The notes: a model not told the origin generated them from the sequence alone. A stretch of DNA of 64,000 nucleotides from Ignavibacteriota bacterium (GCA_963801355.1 CAWDEM010000004.1:864001-928000); one strand, 5' to 3'. Counted from the stretch's first letter, positions 28,503 through 37,175 are shown. Program-made: numbers and translations.

Positions 28503-28584
28503 AGTGCCCGGAACAGGAAATGTCGACTCTGCGAAGCCAATTGGGGATACGGAGGGCTCCTGGTGGATTATCAGGGAGATGCCC
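28503..28584 (-). repeat. Displaced tRNA-Leu 3' end plus conserved att arm
   Basis: AGTGCCCGGAACAGGA is 16/16 identical to 31221-31236; the arm is shared with 21775-21855. Confidence 0.9.
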
Positions 28585-28800
28585 TTGGACCCCCCGAAGC
28601 CACGGCGGAAAAGTAACGAAAAAGGTAACGTTACTTTGAGGTGACGTTACTGATATCCTCGCCATCGTTTAGTACCGTTCAGTTTTCGGATTCCCTCCCA
28701 GTCGTAAGGACAAGCGTCCGTCCGACGCATGAACTGAACCAGCAACAGAGGGCTTCGCCGCCCCGGGATGGGTGACGCGGTTCCTCCTTCCTGAAAGACC

Positions 28801-28829
28801 TTGCGTGTACACCTTTGTCGGCGTATATT
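28801..28829 (+). promoter_or_regulatory. Promoter TTGCGT-17-TATATT of cassette A
   Basis: 17-bp spacing; homologous to 21916. Confidence 0.65.
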
Positions 28830-28843
28830 GCCGGCACAGACTG

Positions 28844-28933
28844 TTTGGCGCCCAATGGTCCCTTAGCCTCTGGGCCGCCGCTCTGGACCCTGTATCAGTT
28901 CCTCCGCCTTAGAGCCCACCCCGACGACTCGCA
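28844..28933 (+). repeat. Conserved non-coding leader element, copy 3
   Basis: Core GGGCCGCCGCTCTGG at 28872-28886. Confidence 0.85.
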
Positions 28934-29039
28934 TGAGGATTCCATGTGCAGCGGTGCCGCCTGGGGGGCTGACGCCTCGTCGCATGCCTAGATCCCCGAA
29001 GAGCCCCACGGTGCATATCCCTTTTTGGAGGAGGACAGG

Positions 29040-31151
29040 ATGACAAGATCTCTCGTTCACCTCGCGCTCGCTACTCTGCTAGCGTGCTCTTCTGCATCCA
29101 CGCAATGGCTTCAGACGAGCGGCCCTGAGGGCGGAGAGGTAAATTGTTTTGCCGCCAGCGGCGAGTATCTGTTTGCCGGAACCGAGGTCGGTATACTTCT
29201 CTCAACCGACAACGGCACGAGCTGGGTGTACACTGCACTGAGGGGGACGGTTCTGTGCCTTGCCGTCAAACCCAACAGTGCATCGGCAACTTCTCTCTTT
29301 GCCGGGGGTCCTTTTGGAGTGGGTCGCTCCACGGACAACTGGAATAGCTGGGCTCATGCGGATGCCGGTCTGGGAGACAACGGCGTGAGGAGTCTCGCTG
29401 TGAAAGACACCAATATTTTTGCGGGGACGGACAGCGGTGGCGTTTTTCGTTCGAGGGATGAGGGTGCAAGCTGGTTTCCCGTCAATGAAGGCTTGACCAA
29501 TATCTTCGTCAACTCTCTTGCCGTGATCGACAGAGATCTTTATGCTGCAACCGATAGTGGACTATTCCGTTTTTCAGATGACGGCACCAGTTGGGCGTTT
29601 ATTGGACTTGCCGGGAAGATCGTCAATACTGTTGCCGCCATCGACACGAGTCTCTTTGCGGGAACCGAACGTGACGGTCTTTTCCGCTCGACTGATGTTG
29701 GGAGGAACTGGAAGGCGGACACCATTGCCGGCATGGATCCGTCTGTCAGAGCGTTTGCCGTGACCCCTCCGTATCTCTTTGCAGGCACGCCGGGCGGGCT
29801 CTATCGCACACCTGACGGCGGACGATCCTGGTCCCGCTTCGATGCGGGTCTGAGCAATCCAAACGTGAAGGCGTTGTGTATCAAAGGTGTGGTTCTCTTT
29901 GCCGGGACCTATGGTGGAGTCTTTCGTTCAACGGACGGCGGAGAGCACTGGAGCAAAACCAGCGCCGATATGAAGATCGTGTTTGTGGAAGCCCTTGCGA
30001 GCAGGGGTGAAACTCTCTATGCAGGGGGTATTAACGGAGTGTTTCGTTCGACTGACCGCGGTGATAGCTGGTCCGACGTTGTGAGTTGCTGGGCTCGTTC
30101 GCTTGCCATCGAAGGGATGAAGCTCTACTTGGGGACCACGGAACATGTGTTCTACTCATTCGACGACGGTGCCACATGGAACTTTCTCTGGTTGGGCGTG
30201 GCCGAAGGGCTGGTGTATGCCCTTGCCGTCAACGGTACGGAGCTTCTTGCAGGGATGGCGAGGGACGGGGTGCTGCGCATTGGGATTCCCACTCCGGGTG
30301 CCGGGATTGTTACCACGACGGACCTGAAAGATACTGCTGTCTATGCCCTCGCTGTCAGTGGAACGAATCTCTTTGCCGGGACTGAGAGGGGCGTGTTTCG
30401 CTCAACGAATGGCGGAATCAACTGGACTGCCGTCAATAACGGGCTGACGAAATTCGAAGTCCTGGCCCTCGCCGTTCAGGGGTCGCACCTCTTTGCGGGT
30501 ACGAAAGAGGGAGGCATGTTCCTTTCGACAGACGACGGCGGCACTTGGACTCCTGCGGATAGCGGACTCACTGACGCGGATATACTGTCTTTCGCAATCA
30601 GTGGCAACAATCTCTTCGCGGGGACCTGGCAGGGCGGCGTCTTCCTTTCATCGGACAACGGCACGAGCTGGAATGCCGTCAATGACGGTTTAACGAATTC
30701 ATCTGACCAGGTTTCTTCCGTCGTTCATGCCCTGGCAATTGTGGGTACAGATCTGTACGCTGGGACCCGGGGGGCCGGCGTATGGCGACGTCCACTCTCT
30801 GAGATGGTAGTGTCGGTGGAGAATACGCCAACCGAATTGCCCTCATCGTATTCTCTGCACCAGAACTACCCCAACCCCTTCAACCCGAGCACGTCCATCA
30901 CGTACGAGTTGCCTATCAGCGCGGACGTGAGGTTGGCCGTATACGACGTGCTTGGCCGCGAAGTATCAGTTCTTGTGCAGGAAAGGAAGACGGCCGGAAT
31001 ACATAAACTCATGTTTGAAGGAGGAGGCCTCTCCAGCGGAGTTTATCTCTACAGGCTGCAGGTCCGCCCTCTGGACTCCGCCATCGGGCGGGACTCCAAG
31101 AGCGGAGCGGGCGATTTCGTCCAGACGCGAAAGCTTCTCCTTCTGCAATGA
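29040..31151 (+). CDS. BNR/Asp-box beta-propeller protein with T9SS CTD
   Basis: Many LFAGT..GVF.STD.G..W repeats; signal peptide; QNYPNPFNP. Confidence 0.9.
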   Translation: MTRSLVHLALATLLACSSASTQWLQTSGPEGGEVNCFAASGEYLFAGTEVGILLSTDNGTSWVYTALRGTVLCLAVKPNSASATSLFAGGPFGVGRSTDNWNSWAHADAGLGDNGVRSLAVKDTNIFAGTDSGGVFRSRDEGASWFPVNEGLTNIFVNSLAVIDRDLYAATDSGLFRFSDDGTSWAFIGLAGKIVNTVAAIDTSLFAGTERDGLFRSTDVGRNWKADTIAGMDPSVRAFAVTPPYLFAGTPGGLYRTPDGGRSWSRFDAGLSNPNVKALCIKGVVLFAGTYGGVFRSTDGGEHWSKTSADMKIVFVEALASRGETLYAGGINGVFRSTDRGDSWSDVVSCWARSLAIEGMKLYLGTTEHVFYSFDDGATWNFLWLGVAEGLVYALAVNGTELLAGMARDGVLRIGIPTPGAGIVTTTDLKDTAVYALAVSGTNLFAGTERGVFRSTNGGINWTAVNNGLTKFEVLALAVQGSHLFAGTKEGGMFLSTDDGGTWTPADSGLTDADILSFAISGNNLFAGTWQGGVFLSSDNGTSWNAVNDGLTNSSDQVSSVVHALAIVGTDLYAGTRGAGVWRRPLSEMVVSVENTPTELPSSYSLHQNYPNPFNPSTSITYELPISADVRLAVYDVLGREVSVLVQERKTAGIHKLMFEGGGLSSGVYLYRLQVRPLDSAIGRDSKSGAGDFVQTRKLLLLQ
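31062..31106 (+). repeat. 45-bp palindromic in-frame CTD insert, copy 3
   Basis: Identical to 28342-28386. Confidence 0.95.
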
Positions 31152-31170
31152 ATGTTACACTGGAAAATGA

Positions 31171-31206
31171 AAGAGCCCCCAATCTCGCTACGAGATGGGG
31201 GCTCTT
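31171..31206. terminator. Bidirectional terminator between the T9SS gene and tRNA-Leu
   Basis: AAGAGCCCCCAATCTCG-CTA-CGAGATGGGGGCTCTT stem. Confidence 0.85.
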
Positions 31207-31222
31207 CTGTATGGTGATCTAG

Positions 31223-31306
31223 TGCCCGGAACAGGACTTGAACCTGCACGACCTCGCGGCCACTAGCTCCTGAAGCTAGCGCGTCTGCCAATTTCGCCAT
31301 CCGGGC
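31223..31306 (-). tRNA. tRNA-Leu(CAG), CCA not encoded
   Basis: GCCCGGA/TCCGGGC acceptor stem, D-loop with TGG, CTAGC-TTCAGGA-GCTAG anticodon arm, long variable arm, GTTCAAGTC T-arm. Confidence 0.97.
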
Positions 31307-31578
31307 GTCAAAAATGCATTCTTTTCAGTACCTCGGCTAACCCAAAACCCAAACCGTGACGAACGAATGTGAGGATTTGCAACCGGGGTCAAATACGCTA
31401 ATCGGCTTATGTAGAAATAATGTAAGGAAAAGTCCGGAGAATGCCAAGAGGCAAAAAAACCATCGGGACGGCGTTGTCGCCCGGTCCGCGGTCCTCTATA
31501 ATTGTTTTACAAATTGGTGACAGGAAATTCTTCACATGTGAGTATCTTTCCCACACGGAAACGGGAAAGGGATTAGGA

Positions 31579-32262
31579 ATGAAAACGCACATTCTTGGTT
31601 GTTTGGTTGGTGCGGCCATGTTTTCCGGCTGCTTCTGGGGCCACATTGAGAGATCTCAGACTCTGACCAAAGAAAATGCCACATCTCTTGTGGGGAAAGA
31701 AGCAACGGTCATGCTGACAGACTCCGTCGAGCACGAGGCCAGCATTCTTGAGATCACTGCTGATTCCGTTGTGCTTAGTGTCGCCGACTCTAACTTGCAC
31801 ATTCCCCTGACGAACGTCGAATCCATTCTCATTCAAGGTTCAGATTTAGGCCGTCCCATCGGAGCCTCCGTCGGTACTGTGGCAGTAATGGCCGTGGGCA
31901 TGGCGAACATGAGTTCATCAAACGTGCTTTCGACCCGTACGCATAGGACCGAGGATTGGGTGTGGATTGCCGCTGCACTCCTCGCCACGAACGGCGGCGC
32001 CCTCATTGGTGAATACGTCTTTACCCCTAACTGGAGATACATCGTTTCTCCAATGAAATCGGGAGGGCTCCCTGAAACCCCAGAGTGGGGCGGTACAAAC
32101 TCCCGATACGTGTTGGAGATAGAGAACTTCCTGGAGGAAACAGACTCCACCGTGACCATCTTGTGGCGGGGGAAATCAGTAACACTCCCAAAATCTGAGA
32201 TCACCATCGAGAAGCGTGAAGGGGGATGCCGGGTTACAGTGCCGGTGCGACTGCTGCAGTAG
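31579..32262 (+). CDS. Hypothetical lipoprotein/membrane protein
   Basis: MKTHILGCLVGAAMFSGC lipobox-like N-terminus; internal hydrophobic segments. Confidence 0.6.
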   Translation: MKTHILGCLVGAAMFSGCFWGHIERSQTLTKENATSLVGKEATVMLTDSVEHEASILEITADSVVLSVADSNLHIPLTNVESILIQGSDLGRPIGASVGTVAVMAVGMANMSSSNVLSTRTHRTEDWVWIAAALLATNGGALIGEYVFTPNWRYIVSPMKSGGLPETPEWGGTNSRYVLEIENFLEETDSTVTILWRGKSVTLPKSEITIEKREGGCRVTVPVRLLQ

Positions 32263-32868
32263 GACGGCCGGCTATGTCATGAACTACCGAACAATTGCTG
32301 ACTTCACCGAAGGCGGGAAGAGAGTACTTTTTGGGGAGGGGAGGAGGCGACATATGATGAGATGAAGACGGGGCTCGGGATTGCTTCCGGGGGGGTGTTC
32401 TTTGGAGCAAGGGGAACGGTGTAGTGTTGCGGTCATAGAGGGAGTGGAAAAGGCTTTTGAACCACGCAGAAAAGGGGTGAAAACGCCTCCTAGAGCTTCG
32501 CACCATGTAAGAAAATTCCTACACAAAAATTGCCGAAATTCCTACAAGAGAATCAGACTTTCAGGAATTGACAATTCTTCTGGGGGGTGGTAAATTTGGA
32601 CCACATAGGTCTCCATGCGGTGGACGGGGCGGTTCCCATATGAGACCTGAGAGCGCAAGTCCGATCCTTGCTTCTGCTCTTACACTCCCATCTCTCTTAC
32701 GCGGTTACCAACCGGCTCATCCAACCGCCCAATCCATCGTACTGAATGCTGTTCGGATCTCGAGGGAAACGTCAATGCGTCGTCGAGCGTTCCTCCTTTC
32801 CGACGACTCACCGACACGAGCCCAAGGCAGGCTCTAATACTCTACTGTCTAGTGAACGGAGGTGCGCA

Positions 32869-35457
32869 ATGAAACAAATACGGGCAACATTTCTGCTCAT
32901 CGTTGTTTCGGTACTCTCCCCGGTGGTCGTGAATGCGCAATCCGTTCCCGACTTCGACATGACCGCATACAAGGCCTTCCTTGCAGCACACCTGGACATG
33001 AGTTCGGATCAGCTCCTCGCACTTCATCCGGCGAGTTACTTCCAGAAGGACGCGCCGACGACCTTCTCGACAGCACTTCATTTCCCGGCGATTGACGCGA
33101 TCTACAAGCTGACACCAGACGAAAGAGCCTTGCTCGGCCAGCACGGATTTGTTGTCACAGAACGAATAAGACCAAAAACATTCGCATCCGCGTTCCTGGA
33201 AATATACAAAGCCGACCTGCCCGTCTTCATTTCGACCGACGCGATTCTCCATGCGCTGCATCTATCATACGACCTGATCCTCGAACGGATTGAATATGCG
33301 GCAATGATTCCCAAGCTTAGGAGTGCGCTGACGACAATTCATGCACAGATCCCCGTACTTGCGATGCGGTATGCCCAGAGGCAGGAGATGGAACCAAGCC
33401 TGTCCGACGTCGATCTGTATCTTACGGTAGCGCGCAGGCTATTGGGTCAAACGGTTGTTCCCTTCTATATATCGACGTTACCTGCGTCGAACGACCTCCT
33501 CCAGAAGATTGCCGAAGCCCAGTGGGAGCAAGGCGCGAAACCGCTTTTCGCTGACTCGCTTCGCCTCGTGGATTACAGTCAATTCACGGTCCGTGGGCAC
33601 TACACACACAGCGAGGAGCTGTCGAGATACTTCCAATCGTTGATGTGGCTCGGGAGAACGGAGTTCTATCTTTCGCCGCCAACGGGAACAGAGGAACAAT
33701 ACACCGAGGCGCAAATCCAGCGCCAGGCGATTGCCGCTCTCCTCCTGAGGGAGGCTGTCATGCTGTCCGAGGCGGAAACATCCCTAAGTGAGATCGATGG
33801 TATCCTTCGGTTCTTCGTCGGCGATCCGGATAATGTAACCCTGAACCACTTGACGGGGCTGGTTGCTGATGTCGGAATGGCTGGTGCAGACGAGATGCTC
33901 GATACCTTGAAGTTCAGGGGCTTTCAGTCGGCCTTGCTCGAACATGCATGGGCATACCAGAGGATACTTTCGCAGATGCTCTGTTCGCGGAGTCCTCTCG
34001 CGACAGAACAGATACAGCCCGCTTCTTCATTTCTGCTCCTTGGTCAACGGTTTATTATTGACTCGTACGTGACCGGCAGCGTAGTGTACGACAAGATCGT
34101 ATACCAGAACACCAAGATAAAGCGGATGCTTCCCTCGACGCAGGATGTCCTCTTTGCGCTCGGCAACGATGCTTCAGGACAGCTCCTCGTTCCTGAACTT
34201 GATCAATATCATTATGCAACCAACCTTGCTGCGCTGCGGTACCTCATTGATGCGTACGAGCCTCAATTCTGGCGAACGACAATCTACAATGGCTGGCTGA
34301 ACGCGATTCGGGCCTTGAATCCTCCACGGGAGAGAGCCGGGCTTCCGCCTTTCATGCAGACCGCCGCCTGGTGGCAGGAGAAAATGAACACCCAGATGGC
34401 TTCCTGGGCAGAGCTGAGGCATGATAATCTCCTCTATGCAAAACAATCCTATACCGGCATCCCGGCTTGTATGTTTCCCTACGGGTACGTCGAGCCGATT
34501 CCGGAATTCTACCGGCGGCTTTCAGGGCTTGCTGACACCGCAGCGGCCTATTTCCGTCATCTTACGATCCCTGAGGTAGGAGATGTTGCCGCGTATTTCG
34601 TGAACATGAAGAAGACTGCGGACACACTAGCCGCGATTGCAGAAAAGGAACTGTCCAAGATTGAACTCGACGAATCCGAGAAAGGATTCCTGAGCCGGAC
34701 AATCTACCTGGGACCGTGTGGATCCGGCCGGGATGGATTTCCCAACGGGTGGTATGCTGATCTGTCTTTCGGGGCACCGCCGTCGACTACGGAGGACGAC
34801 ATTGTTGTGGCCGACGTTCATACGAGCCCCGCCAACGCGTCGGGAGCGATTGTGGGATGGGTCCTTCATGCAGGAACGGGTCCTCTCAATATGGCATTTG
34901 TGGTCACGGAATTACCACAGATCGGGAATGTCGCGTTTGTTGGGCCGGTGTTGAGCTATTACGAGTACGTCTCTTCAGACTTCAAACGCCTCACGGATGA
35001 AGAGTGGAAGGCGCAGTATGCAGGACTGCAAGTCTCACGTCCGTCCTGGGCAAACCTCTATCTGGCAAACCAATCCGGCACTACGCTTGGAACGGGTCCG
35101 ACACTGATTACCGGGATCCCGATTGATCCAGTTGAGTCCCGTATCCCCCAGAGCATAACGCTTGCGCAAAACTACCCCAATCCATTTAACCCGAGTACGA
35201 CTATTCGGTTTGAACTTCCCGGGGCTTCCTCCGTGCGATTGAAGTTGTACAATGTAATGGGTCAAGAGGTCCTGACACTTGTTGACGAGGAGATGCCTGC
35301 GGGTGTCTATGATGTTCGCTTTAACGGCTCGGGACTATCGAGCGGCGTGTACTTCTACAGAATGCAGGTCCGCCCTCCGGCCTCCGCTGTCGGGCGTGAC
35401 TTCAAGAGCGGAGCGGGAGACTTCGTGCAGACCAAGCGATTGATGCTTCTGAAGTAA
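32869..35457 (+). CDS. DUF3160 domain protein with T9SS CTD
   Basis: GGAGG RBS; PVFISTDAILH, DYSQFTVRGHYT, YFQSLMWLGR, SWAELRHDNLLYAKQSY, GYVEP, RLTDEEW; QNYPNPFNP. Confidence 0.92.
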   Translation: MKQIRATFLLIVVSVLSPVVVNAQSVPDFDMTAYKAFLAAHLDMSSDQLLALHPASYFQKDAPTTFSTALHFPAIDAIYKLTPDERALLGQHGFVVTERIRPKTFASAFLEIYKADLPVFISTDAILHALHLSYDLILERIEYAAMIPKLRSALTTIHAQIPVLAMRYAQRQEMEPSLSDVDLYLTVARRLLGQTVVPFYISTLPASNDLLQKIAEAQWEQGAKPLFADSLRLVDYSQFTVRGHYTHSEELSRYFQSLMWLGRTEFYLSPPTGTEEQYTEAQIQRQAIAALLLREAVMLSEAETSLSEIDGILRFFVGDPDNVTLNHLTGLVADVGMAGADEMLDTLKFRGFQSALLEHAWAYQRILSQMLCSRSPLATEQIQPASSFLLLGQRFIIDSYVTGSVVYDKIVYQNTKIKRMLPSTQDVLFALGNDASGQLLVPELDQYHYATNLAALRYLIDAYEPQFWRTTIYNGWLNAIRALNPPRERAGLPPFMQTAAWWQEKMNTQMASWAELRHDNLLYAKQSYTGIPACMFPYGYVEPIPEFYRRLSGLADTAAAYFRHLTIPEVGDVAAYFVNMKKTADTLAAIAEKELSKIELDESEKGFLSRTIYLGPCGSGRDGFPNGWYADLSFGAPPSTTEDDIVVADVHTSPANASGAIVGWVLHAGTGPLNMAFVVTELPQIGNVAFVGPVLSYYEYVSSDFKRLTDEEWKAQYAGLQVSRPSWANLYLANQSGTTLGTGPTLITGIPIDPVESRIPQSITLAQNYPNPFNPSTTIRFELPGASSVRLKLYNVMGQEVLTLVDEEMPAGVYDVRFNGSGLSSGVYFYRMQVRPPASAVGRDFKSGAGDFVQTKRLMLLK
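35368..35412 (+). repeat. 45-bp palindromic in-frame CTD insert, diverged copy 4 (VRPPASAVGRDFKSG)
   Basis: 39/45 identical to copies 2 and 3; same insertion codon. Confidence 0.9.
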
Positions 35458-35773
35458 CGTTTATCAGGTGGGCAAACGAAAAGGTGGGTACAATGAATTA
35501 CAGCCACGCAATCAATCGGGTATCCTCCGTCTAACACGGATTCACGTTGTGCAAGGAACGAAAGGAACACCCTTTGCGTTAGCATATATGACCGTCATGG
35601 GAGCAGAGGGATCTTCTTGCACATACTCGCGGCTTCTCAGCAACCTCTCCTACAGTCTCCCTCACCTCAGGCCACGCTTCGCACGCGTCTGAGGAAGGTG
35701 TCCCAATTGAGACGTGGATTCCGTGAACGAAAGAATCTACTCAATCCATTACATTCTAAAGGAAGGATTTGTT

Positions 35774-36223
35774 ATGAAGACAGTCACATCGTACATCGTA
35801 CTGCTCCTTGTAGGACTGATTTCCTTGGGGGCAACGGTAGCTTCGGCTCAAGGGAAGACGAATAAACAGGCGGTCCTGTGGGCTGCGGAAGACCTTAAAT
35901 GGGTACCGCTGGGTGCTGGAGCCCCGGGTGTCATGAGCGTAATGCTTTGGGGTGACAACACCAAGGGCGCATATGGTGGATTGACGAAGTTCCCTGCAGG
36001 CTTCAAGGCCCCGCTCCATTCCCATACCTACGCGACGAAGATCGTAGTTATCAAAGGAGCATATACGTACAACGGCAAGAAGTATGGACCGGGTTCTTAC
36101 GTCTTTGTTCCTGGTGGACTCAAGCATGAAAGCGGTGGGGTCGCGGATTCGGAGTCCATTTTCTTCATAGAACAGGACGGCTCATTTGATATGAAGCCGG
36201 TAGACGTGTCAAAAGAGAAGTAG
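35774..36223 (+). CDS. Exported cupin (DUF4437/ChrR-like)
   Basis: Signal peptide; LWGD, KFPAGF.APLHSH, GPGSYVFVPGG.KH. Confidence 0.85.
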   Translation: MKTVTSYIVLLLVGLISLGATVASAQGKTNKQAVLWAAEDLKWVPLGAGAPGVMSVMLWGDNTKGAYGGLTKFPAGFKAPLHSHTYATKIVVIKGAYTYNGKKYGPGSYVFVPGGLKHESGGVADSESIFFIEQDGSFDMKPVDVSKEK

Positions 36224-36261
36224 TAGTTGGGAGCGCCGCCCTTCGGGGCGGGCAAAGTCAG

Positions 36262-36293
36262 AAAAAGCCCGGCCGTCGAGCGCCGGCCGGGCT
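36262..36293 (-). terminator. Rho-independent terminator of the pilin-like gene
   Basis: AGCCCGGCCG...CGGCCGGGCT stem with an A5 run. Confidence 0.75.
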
Positions 36294-36322
36294 AGCTGAA
36301 AGGCGACGCTGTCACAGAGTCC

Positions 36323-36733
36323 TCAGTGAATCACCACAACGCTGTCAGCCCTGTTGTTGTAGACGTGTATTTGCATCGTCACAAAGTTTGACGCATCAGC
36401 ATGCTCGGTCCCGATACCCTGGATCACAACTCCGCTCGCCGTGCCACCCGACACAATCGAGTACTCGCCGTTACCGTTGATGGGGCGGTCCGTTAATTTC
36501 GTGAGGCCAGCAGCATCAGCGGTCAAGCCGACAAAGGAGCTGCCTCCACCGTCGAGAGTCGTCGGACGTATATAATACTGATGCGCGCGCGCAGCCAGGT
36601 TGACAAGGTCACCGCTGACGGCGTCACGGTTGCTGTCAGATGCGTTATCTGTGAACATTGTGATGCCGATTGCGATCGCGAGTCCAACGACGATTACGCC
36701 GAGAACTATGATTAGAAGCTGTTGCTGTCCCAT
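36323..36733 (-). CDS. Pilin-like hypothetical protein (MGQQQLL N-terminus)
   Basis: MG-QQQLLIIVLGVIVVGLAIAIGI hydrophobic N-terminal helix, then an amphipathic helix and a small beta region. Confidence 0.75.
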   Translation of the reverse strand: MGQQQLLIIVLGVIVVGLAIAIGITMFTDNASDSNRDAVSGDLVNLAARAHQYYIRPTTLDGGGSSFVGLTADAAGLTKLTDRPINGNGEYSIVSGGTASGVVIQGIGTEHADASNFVTMQIHVYNNRADSVVVIH

Positions 36734-36909
36734 GGTATCGTTTCCCTACATAAGTGATGCTCTATGTCCGGTGATTGGCTCCATCAATATTGCGATTCGT
36801 CAACGGAAAAAGGGCAAATGCCGTGCCACCCAATCACCCCACAAGTAGGGCCTTTTTCTGGCCTAAGTGGGCACTTTGCTCCATGGGAATGGTAGAAACT
36901 ACCGATGAT

Positions 36910-36947
36910 AAAAAAAAATCCCCCGGCCGGGAACATCCGGCCGGGGG
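36910..36947 (-). terminator. Rho-independent terminator of the csp gene
   Basis: CCCCCGGCCGG-loop-CCGGCCGGGGG stem with an A9 run. Confidence 0.9.
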
Positions 36948-36974
36948 TGATGCATTGAGCCTGGTCAGAAAAAA

Positions 36975-37175
36975 TTATGCTTTTGTGACGTTTGTGGCCT
37001 GAAGACCCTTCGGTCCCCGGGTAACCTCAAATGACACTTTGTCGCCTTCGTTCAGGGTCTTGTACCCTTCGCCGACGATTTCCTTGAAATGGACGAATAC
37101 ATCTTCGCCAGTTTCACGTTGAATAAAACCGAAGCCCTTGGCTCCGTTGAACCATTTCACAGATCCTGTTTCCAT
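36975..37175 (-). CDS. cspA: Cold-shock protein
   Basis: [18 protein letters not shown]...DVFVHF...GPKGLQA; GAGG RBS. Confidence 0.95.
   Translation of the reverse strand: METGSVKWFNGAKGFGFIQRETGEDVFVHFKEIVGEGYKTLNEGDKVSFEVTRGPKGLQATNVTKA

Larger units (their letters stand above)
28519..31220. mobile_element. Putative integrase-free 2.7-kb single-gene cassette at the tRNA-Leu 3' end (cassette A)
   Basis: Bounded by a 16-bp direct repeat of the tRNA 3' end; contains arm, promoter, leader, one gene and a terminator. Confidence 0.65.

Noticed and set aside
1-31220. Classical integron with attC sites
   Set aside because: No intI gene and no recurring RYYYAAC...GTTRRRY attC structure seen; boundaries are tRNA-derived and the genes have their own promoters.
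11757-35412. CTD repeats as template/variable regions of a diversity-generating retroelement
   Set aside because: No reverse transcriptase in the window, differences between copies are not adenine-specific, and all copies are in coding genes.
35468-35555. c-di-GMP-I riboswitch (GGGCAAAC...GAAA...CGCAA)
   Set aside because: Only scattered motif fragments; I could not build the P2/P3 stems. An Rfam scan would settle it.
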